DNA of 46,966 nt, taken from contig JBBRVL010000001.1 of the NCBI GenBank assembly GCA_038246925.1, positions 1 to 46,966 on the forward strand, read 5' to 3'. Source of the DNA: Chloroflexia bacterium (GTDB lineage: Bacteria > Chloroflexota > Chloroflexia > QHBQ01 > JADMIH01). The position numbers and the translations under genes were made by a program. Shown here in pieces: positions 17,337 through 26,798 of the stretch. The notes below the pieces were generated by a model. That model did not search any database, was not told where the DNA came from, and worked only from the letters and a program-made list of their open reading frames with translations. Position 1 is the stretch's first letter. Each line of letters begins with the position of its first letter.

Positions 17337-17941
17337 ACTTCCTGAGGAGAGTCGTTCTCGGAAATTATCGTCTGATAAAGCTCCGGTCTCAGGACACCGA
17401 TGAAAGGTAGATTCCTGTAAATCTGGTTGAAGTCCAGGCCGTACCCGACCACGAACTCATCAGGAATGTCGAAGCAGACGTAATCGACCGGCACGTCTAC
17501 CTGCCGTCGCTCTTTTTTGTTGAGTAACGCGCAGACTCGCAGGCTGGCAGGGTTGCGTGCGCGCAATGTCTCCAATGTGTAGTTGAGGGTTAGCCCGCTA
17601 TCAATGATGTCTTCCACGATCAATACGTGCTTGCCCTCAATAGAGCTGTCGAGGTCTTTCAGGATTCGGACGATTCCGCTCGTCTTGGTTGATGCGCCGT
17701 AGGAAGCAACGGCCATGAAGTCGATTGTTACGGGTAGGTCGATTGCCCGTGCCAGGTCTACCATAAACATGATCGCACCTTTTAGCACGCCTACCAGCAG
17801 CAACTCTTTCCCTGCGTAGTCCGCCGATATGCGGTCTCCGACTCGCCCGATCTCCTCTCTAAGCTGCTCGGAGGTGACTAGGATGTGGTCGATGTCGGGC
17901 TCGAGGGTTGACATCCTTTTTTCTACGGTTGTCTCTGGCAC
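17333..17941 (-). CDS. hpt: Hypoxanthine phosphoribosyltransferase
   Basis: LLLVGVLKGAIMFMVDLARAI and the PRPP-binding motif VLIVEDIIDSGLTL. The GTG at 17941 lies 1 nt after the tilS stop. An alternative ATG lies at 17914. Confidence 0.9.
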   Translation of the reverse strand: MPETTVEKRMSTLEPDIDHILVTSEQLREEIGRVGDRISADYAGKELLLVGVLKGAIMFMVDLARAIDLPVTIDFMAVASYGASTKTSGIVRILKDLDSSIEGKHVLIVEDIIDSGLTLNYTLETLRARNPASLRVCALLNKKERRQVDVPVDYVCFDIPDEFVVGYGLDFNQIYRNLPFIGVLRPELYQTIISENDSPQEV

Positions 17942-17942
17942 C

Positions 17943-19520
17943 TCAGTCTTCTCCTTCTGAACCCGATTTCAGATCGAATTGAAATCTTAGAACGCTCTCT
18001 GTCGCTTCGTTGACCGGCGCATGTGAGGAGCGCCTACCGCCACGCCCTGGGACCCATAGAACCTCGCCCCCCTCACGAAAGGCAAGGATAGGAATCCGGC
18101 GGCGGTAGTCCACGGGGATTTTAGCATCTACGAATAGGTCCTGCAAGCTCTTGCTGCCGCCAAGCCCGAACGGCGCGATGTGGTCTCCCGGTCTCCTGGT
18201 TCTGAACACAAGGCTCGATGCAGCACCCAGGATATTTGAATCGAAATGTGCAGTTAGATTGTCTTCGTCAGATGTAAAGGGTAAAGCCGGCTCCAACGTC
18301 ATGTTCAGCTTCCAACCCCTATCGAGGTCGATTTCTTCGCCCGGTATTACGTCGTAGACGGTCCCCTGTTGCATCGTGGGCCAGGATGATGAGCCTGCCG
18401 TGCAGTTAGCCTGCGTGTGACTGCCACGCAGCCCAAAGTAAACCGTCTGCTCACTGCGTTCAACCGAGATGCCGTTGGGTAGGTCGGTGGAAGACCTGAT
18501 TGACGCTGTGGGTGTGAATAAGTTGGCAACCACCGCTATGTGTTCATGCTCAAAACCCTCAAGAGTACCTGCCACTTCACGCAAGGCGCGTCTCGCTACA
18601 CGGCGTTTGATGGCGTCTGGCTCTCCGGCTAGCTTCGATACCTCTATTCGTAACTTCCCTGGCGGTGAATCCTCCAAAATGAGGGTAGGCCAGAGCTTTT
18701 CGACTACGGCTTCCATTGCATCATCTTCCTCTGCGGCTACTTCGGCTAGCTGCCACAGGTGACGCTTGACGGAGCTATTGTAATTCGTGCTCAACAGAGG
18801 GATTAGCTCATGCCGGACTCTGTTCCTGCGGTAGGCCATGTCGAGGTTTGAAGAATCAAACCGTGGGTGAAGCGAATTGATTCTGCAATATGCCTCGATT
18901 TCCTCGCGCCAGGTCCCAAGCAGAGGACGAAACAGGTGGGTGGAAGTAGTTGGGCTTTGGCTTCCGAGGGTGGTCAAATCTGCATCGCCATGTATGGGTG
19001 GCAAGCTGCTAAGCCATCTCATACCGCCGAGACCGCTAATCCCTGTGCCCCGAATTATGTTCATCAAGACAGTTTCGGCCTGGTCGTCGGCTGTGTGAGC
19101 TACAGCCACGCTTGCGTTTCGCTCCTGTGCAAGGCGTCCGAGGAAAGCATACCGTGCGCGCCGAGCCGCGTCCTCGCCTGAGAGCCTGTGAGCAGCCGCA
19201 TAGGCAGGGACGTCAAACGTTGCGGCTATGAAACTAACCCCCCACTCCTGGCAGAACGACGCAACGAACTCCAGATCTGCCGCCGATTCTGTGCCCCGGA
19301 AGCGATGGTCGAGATGCCCGACACGAAGCGTTTTACGAGCCGTTCCGGATCGGAGCTCCAATAAAATATGCAGCAGGGCAAGTGAGTCCGCGCCCCCTGA
19401 CACTCCAAGCATAATCGGCTCATGCAACAAAATAGCCCCCAGGCCACGGGCTTCGCACATAGCAAGTACCCTGGACGGTAGCTTTGCGGCATCTATCTTT
19501 TTCCTGGTGCGCTTGGCCAA
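17943..19520 (-). CDS. tilS: tRNA(Ile)-lysidine synthetase
   Basis: PP-loop motif LGVSGGADSLALLH. Long form with a C-terminal substrate-binding domain. Shows the conserved tilS-hpt linkage. Confidence 0.9.
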   Translation of the reverse strand: MAKRTRKKIDAAKLPSRVLAMCEARGLGAILLHEPIMLGVSGGADSLALLHILLELRSGTARKTLRVGHLDHRFRGTESAADLEFVASFCQEWGVSFIAATFDVPAYAAAHRLSGEDAARRARYAFLGRLAQERNASVAVAHTADDQAETVLMNIIRGTGISGLGGMRWLSSLPPIHGDADLTTLGSQSPTTSTHLFRPLLGTWREEIEAYCRINSLHPRFDSSNLDMAYRRNRVRHELIPLLSTNYNSSVKRHLWQLAEVAAEEDDAMEAVVEKLWPTLILEDSPPGKLRIEVSKLAGEPDAIKRRVARRALREVAGTLEGFEHEHIAVVANLFTPTASIRSSTDLPNGISVERSEQTVYFGLRGSHTQANCTAGSSSWPTMQQGTVYDVIPGEEIDLDRGWKLNMTLEPALPFTSDEDNLTAHFDSNILGAASSLVFRTRRPGDHIAPFGLGGSKSLQDLFVDAKIPVDYRRRIPILAFREGGEVLWVPGRGGRRSSHAPVNEATESVLRFQFDLKSGSEGED

Positions 19521-19581
19521 TTCATGCCTCGACGTGGCTTCCCTTTCGGTTTGTAAGGATTATTGTTGTAGCGGCGCTTGG

Positions 19582-20358
19582 TCATTTTTCCTCCTCGCCG
19601 AGAAAGATGACCAAAGAAGGCACCTTGTCCTGGAGAAAACTATAGCTGCTAATAGTTATCTGGAACGTGCCGGGTGCCGCGCCCTTCCATCGGTCAAGCC
19701 CCAGACCCAGCTCCGGTAGTGCATTAATTACAGTTGCAAGAGATGCGCTGCTATAGAGATCGACGGTATACGTGGGATCGCCACCCTCTCCAACCGCCTT
19801 GTAGCTCTTGAGCAACTTGGCATCTTTTGGTATAAGTTGCTTGCTCTCGAACCGGGCATCTTCGACGCTCACCGGGTTTCGATCTCCATAAGTTACCCAG
19901 ATCATCTGGATGGGTTCGCTGTCAAAGCTAACGACCTCATATCTTTCATTCTCATAGTAGGTGCCGATTATAGCTTTCTTGCCTGGCGGCCCATGCCTGC
20001 TTTCCCATTGCTGAATGCTACTGCCAAGGCCACCTGATTCAATCGCCGGTGGTGCCTGCGTGGATGTGGCGGGAATAGAGGTCTCAGTTGGAGGTACTGG
20101 AGTGTCAGTAGGGGGCGGCGGGCTACTAGTCGGTGGCACCGAAGTTTCTGTTGGCAGGACGGGCACGGGAGTCTGGGTAGGGATCACCGTTGAAACCAGC
20201 GCAGTTGTTTGTGTTGGCCGCTGAGTTGGCACGGATGTGGCCGGCAGGGTTGTGGCTGTGGGTTGCGTGGTCGCTGTTGGTGGCGCGGCCTCTCCGCCAC
20301 ATCCGGCAAGCAAAATACAAAGAGCTAAGCCGAAGACAGCAATGAAGTGTTTAAACAT
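19582..20358 (-). CDS. Hypothetical lipoprotein with a Thr/Pro-rich linker
   Basis: From the ATG at 20358 the signal peptide and lipobox read MFKHFIAVFGLALCILLAGCGG. A roughly 90-aa T/P-rich region precedes a globular C-terminal domain of unknown family. Confidence 0.65.
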   Translation of the reverse strand: MFKHFIAVFGLALCILLAGCGGEAAPPTATTQPTATTLPATSVPTQRPTQTTALVSTVIPTQTPVPVLPTETSVPPTSSPPPPTDTPVPPTETSIPATSTQAPPAIESGGLGSSIQQWESRHGPPGKKAIIGTYYENERYEVVSFDSEPIQMIWVTYGDRNPVSVEDARFESKQLIPKDAKLLKSYKAVGEGGDPTYTVDLYSSASLATVINALPELGLGLDRWKGAAPGTFQITISSYSFLQDKVPSLVIFLGEEEK

Positions 20359-20640
20359 ATCGCCCCTTATTGGTCCTTCTCGAAGCACTCGGGCCTGAGA
20401 GTAGAGGTTATCCCCTGTTCCGCAGCGAACGACACAGCTGGCCTCATATAGGCCGTGACAGTCGCTTTTGCTTTGTTGGATGCCAGGAGGGAACGCCGGA
20501 GCGATTCACCGGGGTGCAGTATTTGTCCAGTTCCTTGCTCTATCCGCGTCGTCCTACTTCGATAAGAGCTTTCTATAGCCGCATTTCCAACAGTTCATTG
20601 GTGAGTACAAGCGTGGATTATGCTCCAACCTACACGACGG

Positions 20641-20712
20641 TGGCGAGGGGCAGATTTGAACTGCCGACCAAGGGCTTATGAGTCCCCTGCTCTGCCACTG
20701 AGCTACCTCGCC
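20641..20712 (-). tRNA. tRNA with CAT anticodon (elongator Met or lysidine-dependent Ile2)
   Basis: The reverse complement folds as a cloverleaf: GGCGAGG-TA-GCTC-AGTGGCA-GAGC-A-GGGGA-CTCATAA-GCCCT-TGGTC-GGCAG-TTCAAAT-CTGCC-CCTCGCC-A. The 1-72 pair is G-C, so it is not an initiator. CCA is not encoded. Confidence 0.85.
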
Positions 20713-20920
20713 TTGCTCCTGGCTTTTTCCGCGCCTGGAATCACTGATTCTGTATGGCTGTTGCTCGAAAAATAAGCCTCAAGTTTGATATGTCGAACCA
20801 ATTTCTTAGTCATGCCAAACTTCAACCTACATTATAACTCCATGCCTGACTCTTGTCAAAATCGTGTATACTAAATGACGCCTCCTTAGAGATGGAGTCA
20901 TCTTGGTTGCCTGGGGCACG

Positions 20921-22201
20921 TTATGGATTTGGGCACTTTGTTCTTTTAAGATGCGCCATGATGCCAGCGCGATGTGGGTCCCAGGAACTTCCCACAGCCC
21001 AAACTTCATCTTTCCAAGCTACTACATTCGCCAGAGCTTCTTTCCCTGTACCCTGTGTCCCAAACGAATGGGGACTTGGAATGGGAACGTGCCTCCAAGC
21101 CTTCCTATCCCAATACAAAACCTGAGTGCGTTGCCACGAATAGTCACCATAGTGCCCTACTGCCCAAGCCTCTCCATTTGCTGTGGTTGTCACATCACCT
21201 AGACCTTGATCTAAGGCCAACTTGGGTGTTGGGGTAAGACTCCATTCTCTTCCGTCCCAGTGCATAACCAGGTTCTCATAAATGGCGTTCTGCTCGTCAT
21301 TGCTGCACGAACCTACTGCCCATACGTCTGTCGGACTCCTCATTGCTACCCCTACGACCTTGTTCACCAATTTGCAGGGGTTAGGGCTTGGCACAACGTT
21401 CCACGCTTTGCCATCCCAATGCAACGTGAGCGTATACGCTCCACCAGTGTTGTTGGTGTTATCAGTCACATAATGGCCTACTCCCCATGCATCATCAGGC
21501 CCTGTAGCGAAGACAGCCTGCAATTCATTTCTGATAGCCTTAACATCAGGACTATTAGGGCTTGGTACAACGCTCCAAGCAAGACCGTCCCAGTGCATAA
21601 CGAGTGTTTCTTCCCCAGCTATAGGCCGATAATAGCCCACTATCCACACATCATCGTTTGAGACACCATGTATACCTGAGAAGCGTGCCCCTGGTATGTT
21701 GGGATGCGGAACCATGCTCCATCTTGACCCCTCCCAATGGAGAATAAAGGTCTGGTTTGGATAATGCGCTACGCCAACTGCCCACACGTCATCCGTTGCC
21801 AAGGCTACCGAGTCATAAATGCCGACGTGCTCAACATCTTTTCCGCTGGGGGTTGGACTATCTACTTGACCCCATCTCGCTCCATCCCAATGCTGTATGA
21901 GTGTTCCTTCGCTCGATTCACCAAATGCCCAAACATCATCGCTAGATACAGCAGAGACACTACCAAACCAGATATTACCTGCGAAGAGTCCTGCACTCTG
22001 CATAGAGGAGACTGTCCATGTACCGCAAACAGGGAAGCTGACTGTAGAGGTTCTCGTCTTTGGTGCGTTAGCTCCGAAAGCAAGGCCAGTGAATACGCAC
22101 ACCAGCACCAACAGTCCAACTGTTACTTTGAGACGCCTTACTCTCTTTGACGATCGGCCTGGTGTCTGTGTACTAAGCGTTTCTTCCATATTGGCCTTCA
22201 T
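20921..22201 (-). CDS. Secreted or membrane-anchored repeat protein, probable 7-bladed beta-propeller
   Basis: N-terminal hydrophobic segment VGLLVLVCVFTGLAFGANA. About seven repeats of HWDG..W..VP.P ... DDVWAVG. Confidence 0.65.
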   Translation of the reverse strand: MKANMEETLSTQTPGRSSKRVRRLKVTVGLLVLVCVFTGLAFGANAPKTRTSTVSFPVCGTWTVSSMQSAGLFAGNIWFGSVSAVSSDDVWAFGESSEGTLIQHWDGARWGQVDSPTPSGKDVEHVGIYDSVALATDDVWAVGVAHYPNQTFILHWEGSRWSMVPHPNIPGARFSGIHGVSNDDVWIVGYYRPIAGEETLVMHWDGLAWSVVPSPNSPDVKAIRNELQAVFATGPDDAWGVGHYVTDNTNNTGGAYTLTLHWDGKAWNVVPSPNPCKLVNKVVGVAMRSPTDVWAVGSCSNDEQNAIYENLVMHWDGREWSLTPTPKLALDQGLGDVTTTANGEAWAVGHYGDYSWQRTQVLYWDRKAWRHVPIPSPHSFGTQGTGKEALANVVAWKDEVWAVGSSWDPHRAGIMAHLKRTKCPNP

Positions 22202-22277
22202 GCTTCATCTATCTCTTACTTCTACTTCCATCCTAAAAAATATCTATGTAGTATTCTCTGCATGCTCTTGTAGTGGC

Positions 22278-24080
22278 TTATAGAGCCAGAAGCCTCTCCA
22301 GTTCGTCCAGATTGCGCCCGAACTGCTGCAACGCCTGATTTACAGGTTTAGGGGTGGTAACATCGACGCCCGCGTTCTTCAATAGGTTAATCGAGTAGTC
22401 ACTGCCGCCCCCGCTGAGGAAGTTCAGGTAGCGGTCGACGGCAGGTTGGCCTTCGCTGAGTATCTTTTGCGACAGGGCGACAGCTGCTGAGATGCCTGTC
22501 GCGTACTGGTAGACGTAGAAACTCCTGTAAAAGTGCGAGATCCGCGCCCATTCTATCTCGATCTCTTGCTCTACTTCGACACTTTCTCCGTGATATTTAC
22601 GGTTCAGATCGTAGTGGATGCTGGAAAGTAGCTCGGCGGTGAGGGCCTCACCAGCTTCGGCGCGCTCGTGGGCTATCTTCTCGAACTCAGCGAACATCGT
22701 CTGGCGGTAGAGTGTCGTCCTCACTTGTTCCAGGCTGTGGTTGATAACCGCCAGTTTCACCGAACGGTCGTCGGTGCTGTTCAACAGGTGATGACTGAGC
22801 AGCTCCTCGTTGAGCGTAGAGGCTACCTCGGCTACGAAAAGAGTGTAATTGTGGTAGATATAAGGCTGGTTCTCATACGAGTAATAGGTGTGCATCGAAT
22901 GGCCCATCTCGTGAGCCAGCGTGAATACATCGTAAAGGGTGTCCTGGTAGTTGAGGAGCATGAATGGGTGGACCCCATAGACTCCCCAGCTATACGCGCC
23001 CGATGACTTGTTTGGTGTCTCGTAAACATCGGTCCAGCGCGAGCTGAATCCTTCTTTTACACCTGATAAATACTTATCGCCCATCGGGGTAAAGGCTTTG
23101 GTAACAATCTCTGTGGCCTCGCCGAACGGTATCTTGTTGTCAGCTTCGGGAATAAGGGGTACGTGCAGGTCGTACATGTGTAGCTTGTCCACGTCTAATA
23201 GCCGCCTGCGTAGCTCCATATAACGGTGTAGTAGCGGGAGATTTTCATGAACCGCCGATATTAGACCGTCGTAAACAGCGACAGGTATGTTGATTCCAAA
23301 GAGCGCGGCCTCTAGCGACGAGCCATACTTCCTCGCACGAGAATAAAAAATATCGGATTTAACCTGGGTGGAGTAACAACTGGCGAGGGTATTGCGATTC
23401 TGTGCGAACGCCTTGTGGAACGTATAGAAGGCGTTCTTTCTAACGCTCCGGTCTTTCGAGCGGATGTAGCGGACGTAATTGCCCTGAGTAAGCACGACTT
23501 CTTCGCCGTCCTCATTTGTGATGGTGCCGTATTTCATGTCGGCATCCGTCATCATCTCGAAGATCAGGCCTGGTCCGGCGGCTATCTCGCCCGCACCCGC
23601 GAGCAAGGCCTCCTCTGCCTCGCTAAGCATATGTTCCTTTTCGCGGAATAGCTCGTCGAATTGCTGCCGGTAAATCTGCAATGGTTCATGTTCGTTGATG
23701 AAGCCTTTTACTTTTTCTTCACCGACTTGTAGAAGCTCCGGACTGAAGAATGAAAGAGCCTCTGAGACACGGGTCCACTGCGCACGCGCCCGGTCTTCTA
23801 GGGCCTGATAATGCGAATTGGTCGTATCCTCATCACGCCTCATGCGTGCGTAGGCATAGATGCGCTCCATGCTCTCGAAGAGCCTGTCTCTTGCCTGTAA
23901 TGCCTCGACAAGAACGGGTGCGCTCTCCCCCAGGCGTCCCTTGAACTCAACAGTCGATTCGAGCAGAGGCGTGATTGCCTCCAGGTCGTTCTCCCAAAGA
24001 GTATCCTCGGCATAAACTGCTTCGAGATTCCACTTGTAATCTGCCGGTACGTCGTTGCGTGTCTGAACTGTCGTTACCAT
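22278..24080 (-). CDS. pepF: Oligoendopeptidase F (M3B metallopeptidase)
   Basis: 600 aa. Zinc motif TLAHEMGHSMH. Typical PepF N-terminus WNLEAVY and overall length. Confidence 0.9.
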   Translation of the reverse strand: MVTTVQTRNDVPADYKWNLEAVYAEDTLWENDLEAITPLLESTVEFKGRLGESAPVLVEALQARDRLFESMERIYAYARMRRDEDTTNSHYQALEDRARAQWTRVSEALSFFSPELLQVGEEKVKGFINEHEPLQIYRQQFDELFREKEHMLSEAEEALLAGAGEIAAGPGLIFEMMTDADMKYGTITNEDGEEVVLTQGNYVRYIRSKDRSVRKNAFYTFHKAFAQNRNTLASCYSTQVKSDIFYSRARKYGSSLEAALFGINIPVAVYDGLISAVHENLPLLHRYMELRRRLLDVDKLHMYDLHVPLIPEADNKIPFGEATEIVTKAFTPMGDKYLSGVKEGFSSRWTDVYETPNKSSGAYSWGVYGVHPFMLLNYQDTLYDVFTLAHEMGHSMHTYYSYENQPYIYHNYTLFVAEVASTLNEELLSHHLLNSTDDRSVKLAVINHSLEQVRTTLYRQTMFAEFEKIAHERAEAGEALTAELLSSIHYDLNRKYHGESVEVEQEIEIEWARISHFYRSFYVYQYATGISAAVALSQKILSEGQPAVDRYLNFLSGGGSDYSINLLKNAGVDVTTPKPVNQALQQFGRNLDELERLLAL

Positions 24081-24200
24081 TCATCTTCTCCCATGGCTGG
24101 TTATCATAATATCTGGATCGCGCACCATCTTAGTGATGTAGCGCGATCTCCCCGTAAACTTTGCGGGTTAATGAGAAGTATAATCGAAAAGCAGGGCAGC

Positions 24201-24224
24201 AAAAAAGGGCCGAAAGGCCCTTTT
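24201..24224 (-). terminator. Rho-independent terminator downstream of tRNA-fMet
   Basis: On the - strand the stem-loop GGGCC-TTTC-GGCCC is followed by TTTTTT. It lies 4 nt after the tRNA 3' end. Confidence 0.7.
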
Positions 24225-24227
24225 CTG

Positions 24228-24302
24228 TGGTAGCGGGGGTAGGATTCGAACCTACGACCTTTGGGTTATGAGCCCAACGAGCTTCCGCTGCTCCACCCCG
24301 CG
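24228..24302 (-). tRNA. Initiator tRNA-fMet (CAT)
   Basis: The reverse complement is CGCGGGGTGGAGCAGCGGAAGCTCGTTGGGCTCATAACCCAAAGGTCGTAGGTTCGAATCCTACCCCCGCTACCA. It has a 1-72 mismatch, three G-C pairs closing the anticodon stem, an encoded CCA, and is near-identical in plan to E. coli tRNA-fMet. Confidence 0.92.
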
Positions 24303-24313
24303 TCAACATGCTT

Positions 24314-24342
24314 ATTATACGACCTTCTTATCAGGGTGTCAA
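24314..24342 (-). promoter_or_regulatory. Consensus sigma-70-type promoter for tRNA-fMet (TTGACA-17 nt-TATAAT)
   Basis: On the - strand, TTGACA occupies 24342-24337 and TATAAT 24319-24314 with a 17-nt spacer. The hexamer ends 11 nt before the tRNA 5' end. Confidence 0.7.
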
Positions 24343-24360
24343 GTTGGGCCCGGCACATGG

Positions 24361-24822
24361 TCACGGCGAGCCACCTGGTGGGCTGAAAAGACCAAGCCAT
24401 GCCTGCCAGACCGGCTTTTCTGAGAGCTGTATGGGGATCATGTTTTTATGCGACTTGTTAGGTGTCGTTACACTCGTATCGCGTCCGTTGTCGGATGCTT
24501 TAGTGGGAACAACCTCTTCCTTGATTGGGATAAGGACTTCCTCATCAGCTCTTCGGAGGTTGAGGTCTTCGCGGGCGCGCTGCTCTATATATTTGTCGGA
24601 CTGGTAATAGAGGAGGCTTGACTTGAGGCGTGTGTTGAAGTCGTCCAGAGCCGTGTTCTCGGCACGCTGCACAGCGATCCTCTCTTTGAGGTCATGCTCT
24701 AATAGCAGTTGCTGGCCGTAGATCACAAGGAAGAAAATCGCGGCAAGCCCGAATACCAGCCACATGATGGAGGTGGACCAGGTTTTCGGCTTTGCTCGTC
24801 TTGTTTTTATTACTATACTCAT
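24361..24822 (-). CDS. Septum formation initiator family protein (FtsB/DivIC-like)
   Basis: A single N-terminal TM segment (IMWLVFGLAAIFFLVIYG) is followed by a coiled-coil and the conserved YIEQRAREDLNLRRADEEVL segment. Confidence 0.7.
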   Translation of the reverse strand: MSIVIKTRRAKPKTWSTSIMWLVFGLAAIFFLVIYGQQLLLEHDLKERIAVQRAENTALDDFNTRLKSSLLYYQSDKYIEQRAREDLNLRRADEEVLIPIKEEVVPTKASDNGRDTSVTTPNKSHKNMIPIQLSEKPVWQAWLGLFSPPGGSP

Positions 24823-24870
24823 TCACTTCTCACAGTTAGGGACCGTGCAAGTGTAAACGAGCAGCAGCTT

Positions 24871-26370
24871 CTAAGTGAGGTTTTCCACGCGCAGATCGGG
24901 TGTGTGCAGGTGCCAGTCGCTATTGGACTGGTAAGCATGAGCTACTCGAAGCAAAGTAACCTCGTCGAAATGCCTGCCGAGGAACTGCAACCCTATTGGA
25001 AGGCCGTCAGCAAAACCGCATGGAATAGACACGCCCGGAATGCCCGCGAGATTGGCAGGCACAGTATACACGTCGTTCAGGTACATAGCGAGTGGATTGT
25101 CGCTCTTTTCGCCGATGCGGAATGCCACGGTGGGAGAAGTCGGGCCTACTATAACATCGACTTCTTTGAAGGCCTCTGTATAATCCCCGGCTATCAGGGT
25201 GCGTACCTGCTGCGCCTTTTTATAGAATGCTTCGTAATATCCGGCGCTCAGAGCGTATGTGCCTAGCATTATGCGCCGCTTGACCTCAGCTCCGAAGCCG
25301 AAATCGCGTGTCATCAGCATCGAGTCAATCGAATTCATTTCGCCGGGAGCGCGATAACCGTATTTCATCCCGTCATATCTCGCCAGGTTAGAGCTAGCCT
25401 CGGCGGGAGCAATAATATAATAGGTCGAGAGGGCATATTCAGTGTGGGGCAGGGTGATGTCATGCAGCTCGGCTCCCATTGTGCCTAGCATCTCTATAGC
25501 GGCTTTCACGCTCTGTTCGACCTCAGGTTGGAGACCTTCTCCCCAGAACTCACGCGGTATGCCAACCTTCAGCCCTCTGAGCGATTGCCCTTCATTGTCG
25601 AGCGCGGCGACATAGTCAGGAACTTCGATTTGCTGTGAAGTAGAGTCCCTGGGGTCGTGCCCGGCGATTGCCTGCAATACATAGGCGGCGTCGCGCGCGG
25701 TCCGCGTGAACGGACCTATCTGGTCGAGTGAGGAGGCAAATGCAACGAGGCCGTACCTGGAGACGCGCCCATAGGTAGGCTTCAACCCGGTCACACCGCA
25801 AAGCGATGCGGGTTGCCTTACGCTGCCGCCGGTGTCTGTACCCAGTGAGTAGACGCCCATGCGGGCAGCTACAGCCGCCGCCGAGCCACCGCTTGACCCA
25901 CCGGGAACGTACTCCGGGTTCCACGGATTGCGGCTCGGTCCCCACGCCGAGTTCTCTGTAGAAGAACCCATTGCAAACTCGTCACAATTGGTCTTCCCAA
26001 GCAGCACTGCCCCTGCCTCGGCGAGCTTTCGTGACACTGTACCATCAAAGGGTGGGACAAAATGCTCAAGATGCCTGGAGCCGCAGGTTGTCCGAACGCC
26101 CTCTGTTATCAATACGTCCTTCAGACTCATCGGGATTCCGTCCAGTGGTGAACGAACTTCCCCGGCTGCTCTACGATGGTCAGACTGCTGCGCGGCAAGC
26201 AGCGCACCTTCAGTGTTGACATAACAATAGACGCCGAGCCTGCCGTCGAGAGCACCGATACGATCCAGCGTTTCCCGCGTCAAATCCTCCGAGGATACCT
26301 CGCCGCTATCCAGGAGCGTTCGGGCATCTTCAAGCGTCAATTTTTCAATTGTGTTTGGGCTGCCTGACAT
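24871..26370 (-). CDS. gatA: Asp-tRNA(Asn)/Glu-tRNA(Gln) amidotransferase subunit A
   Basis: Amidase signature GGSSGGSAAAVA and GTDTGGSVRQPA. The ATG at 26370 is preceded by GGAAGGAA. The track's TTG at 26391 overlaps the gatC stop. Confidence 0.9.
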   Translation of the reverse strand: MSGSPNTIEKLTLEDARTLLDSGEVSSEDLTRETLDRIGALDGRLGVYCYVNTEGALLAAQQSDHRRAAGEVRSPLDGIPMSLKDVLITEGVRTTCGSRHLEHFVPPFDGTVSRKLAEAGAVLLGKTNCDEFAMGSSTENSAWGPSRNPWNPEYVPGGSSGGSAAAVAARMGVYSLGTDTGGSVRQPASLCGVTGLKPTYGRVSRYGLVAFASSLDQIGPFTRTARDAAYVLQAIAGHDPRDSTSQQIEVPDYVAALDNEGQSLRGLKVGIPREFWGEGLQPEVEQSVKAAIEMLGTMGAELHDITLPHTEYALSTYYIIAPAEASSNLARYDGMKYGYRAPGEMNSIDSMLMTRDFGFGAEVKRRIMLGTYALSAGYYEAFYKKAQQVRTLIAGDYTEAFKEVDVIVGPTSPTVAFRIGEKSDNPLAMYLNDVYTVPANLAGIPGVSIPCGFADGLPIGLQFLGRHFDEVTLLRVAHAYQSNSDWHLHTPDLRVENLT

Positions 26371-26387
26371 CTTATGTTCCTTCCCTA

Positions 26388-26711
26388 TCAAGGGCGGTTC
26401 GCGTCGGTCGTTCCGCCTACCTTCGCGTCGTCCATCACAGCCGGGACACGGAAGAACCCATCTTCGGTGCGTGGTGCGTTCAGCAATACTGCCTCTGGTT
26501 GCAAAGATGGTATGGTCTCATCAGGGCGGCTTGTATTTCTCTGCGTGAGTACCTGGGCTGTCGGCGCTATTTGGGATGTATCTAGCTTATCGAGCATGGC
26601 GATGTGGTCCAACACGTCCGATAATTGGACGCGGAGCGATTCAACTTCCTCATCGGTCAGACCCAGGCGGGCTAGCATGGCAACGTGTCTTACCTCTTCA
26701 GGTGTCAGCAA
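26388..26711 (-). CDS. gatC: Asp-tRNA(Asn)/Glu-tRNA(Gln) amidotransferase subunit C
   Basis: LTPEEVRHVAMLARLGLTDEEVESLRVQLSDVLDHIAMLDKLDT. TTG start preceded by GGGAAGGGA. Confidence 0.9.
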   Translation of the reverse strand: MLTPEEVRHVAMLARLGLTDEEVESLRVQLSDVLDHIAMLDKLDTSQIAPTAQVLTQRNTSRPDETIPSLQPEAVLLNAPRTEDGFFRVPAVMDDAKVGGTTDANRP

Positions 26712-26798
26712 GGTTCTATCCCTTCCCTGTACTACTCGTGTTCGACCTCATCTAAATGTATTCTAAATGTATTCGCAAACGCCGGATACCAACAAAGT

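Noticed and set aside
20370-20681. ORF 20370..20681 (+) and the other small ORFs in 20389-20920
   Set aside because: The ORF overlaps the tRNA(CAT) gene on the opposite strand and has no motif or ribosome-binding-site support. I also looked for a riboswitch-like fold upstream of the lipoprotein gene and found only a small hairpin.
24116-24148. GATCGCGC ... GCGCGATC 8-bp inverted repeat upstream of pepF as a regulator operator
   Set aside because: It is a short, isolated palindrome with a 17-nt loop, and no associated regulator gene or second copy was seen. That is insufficient support.
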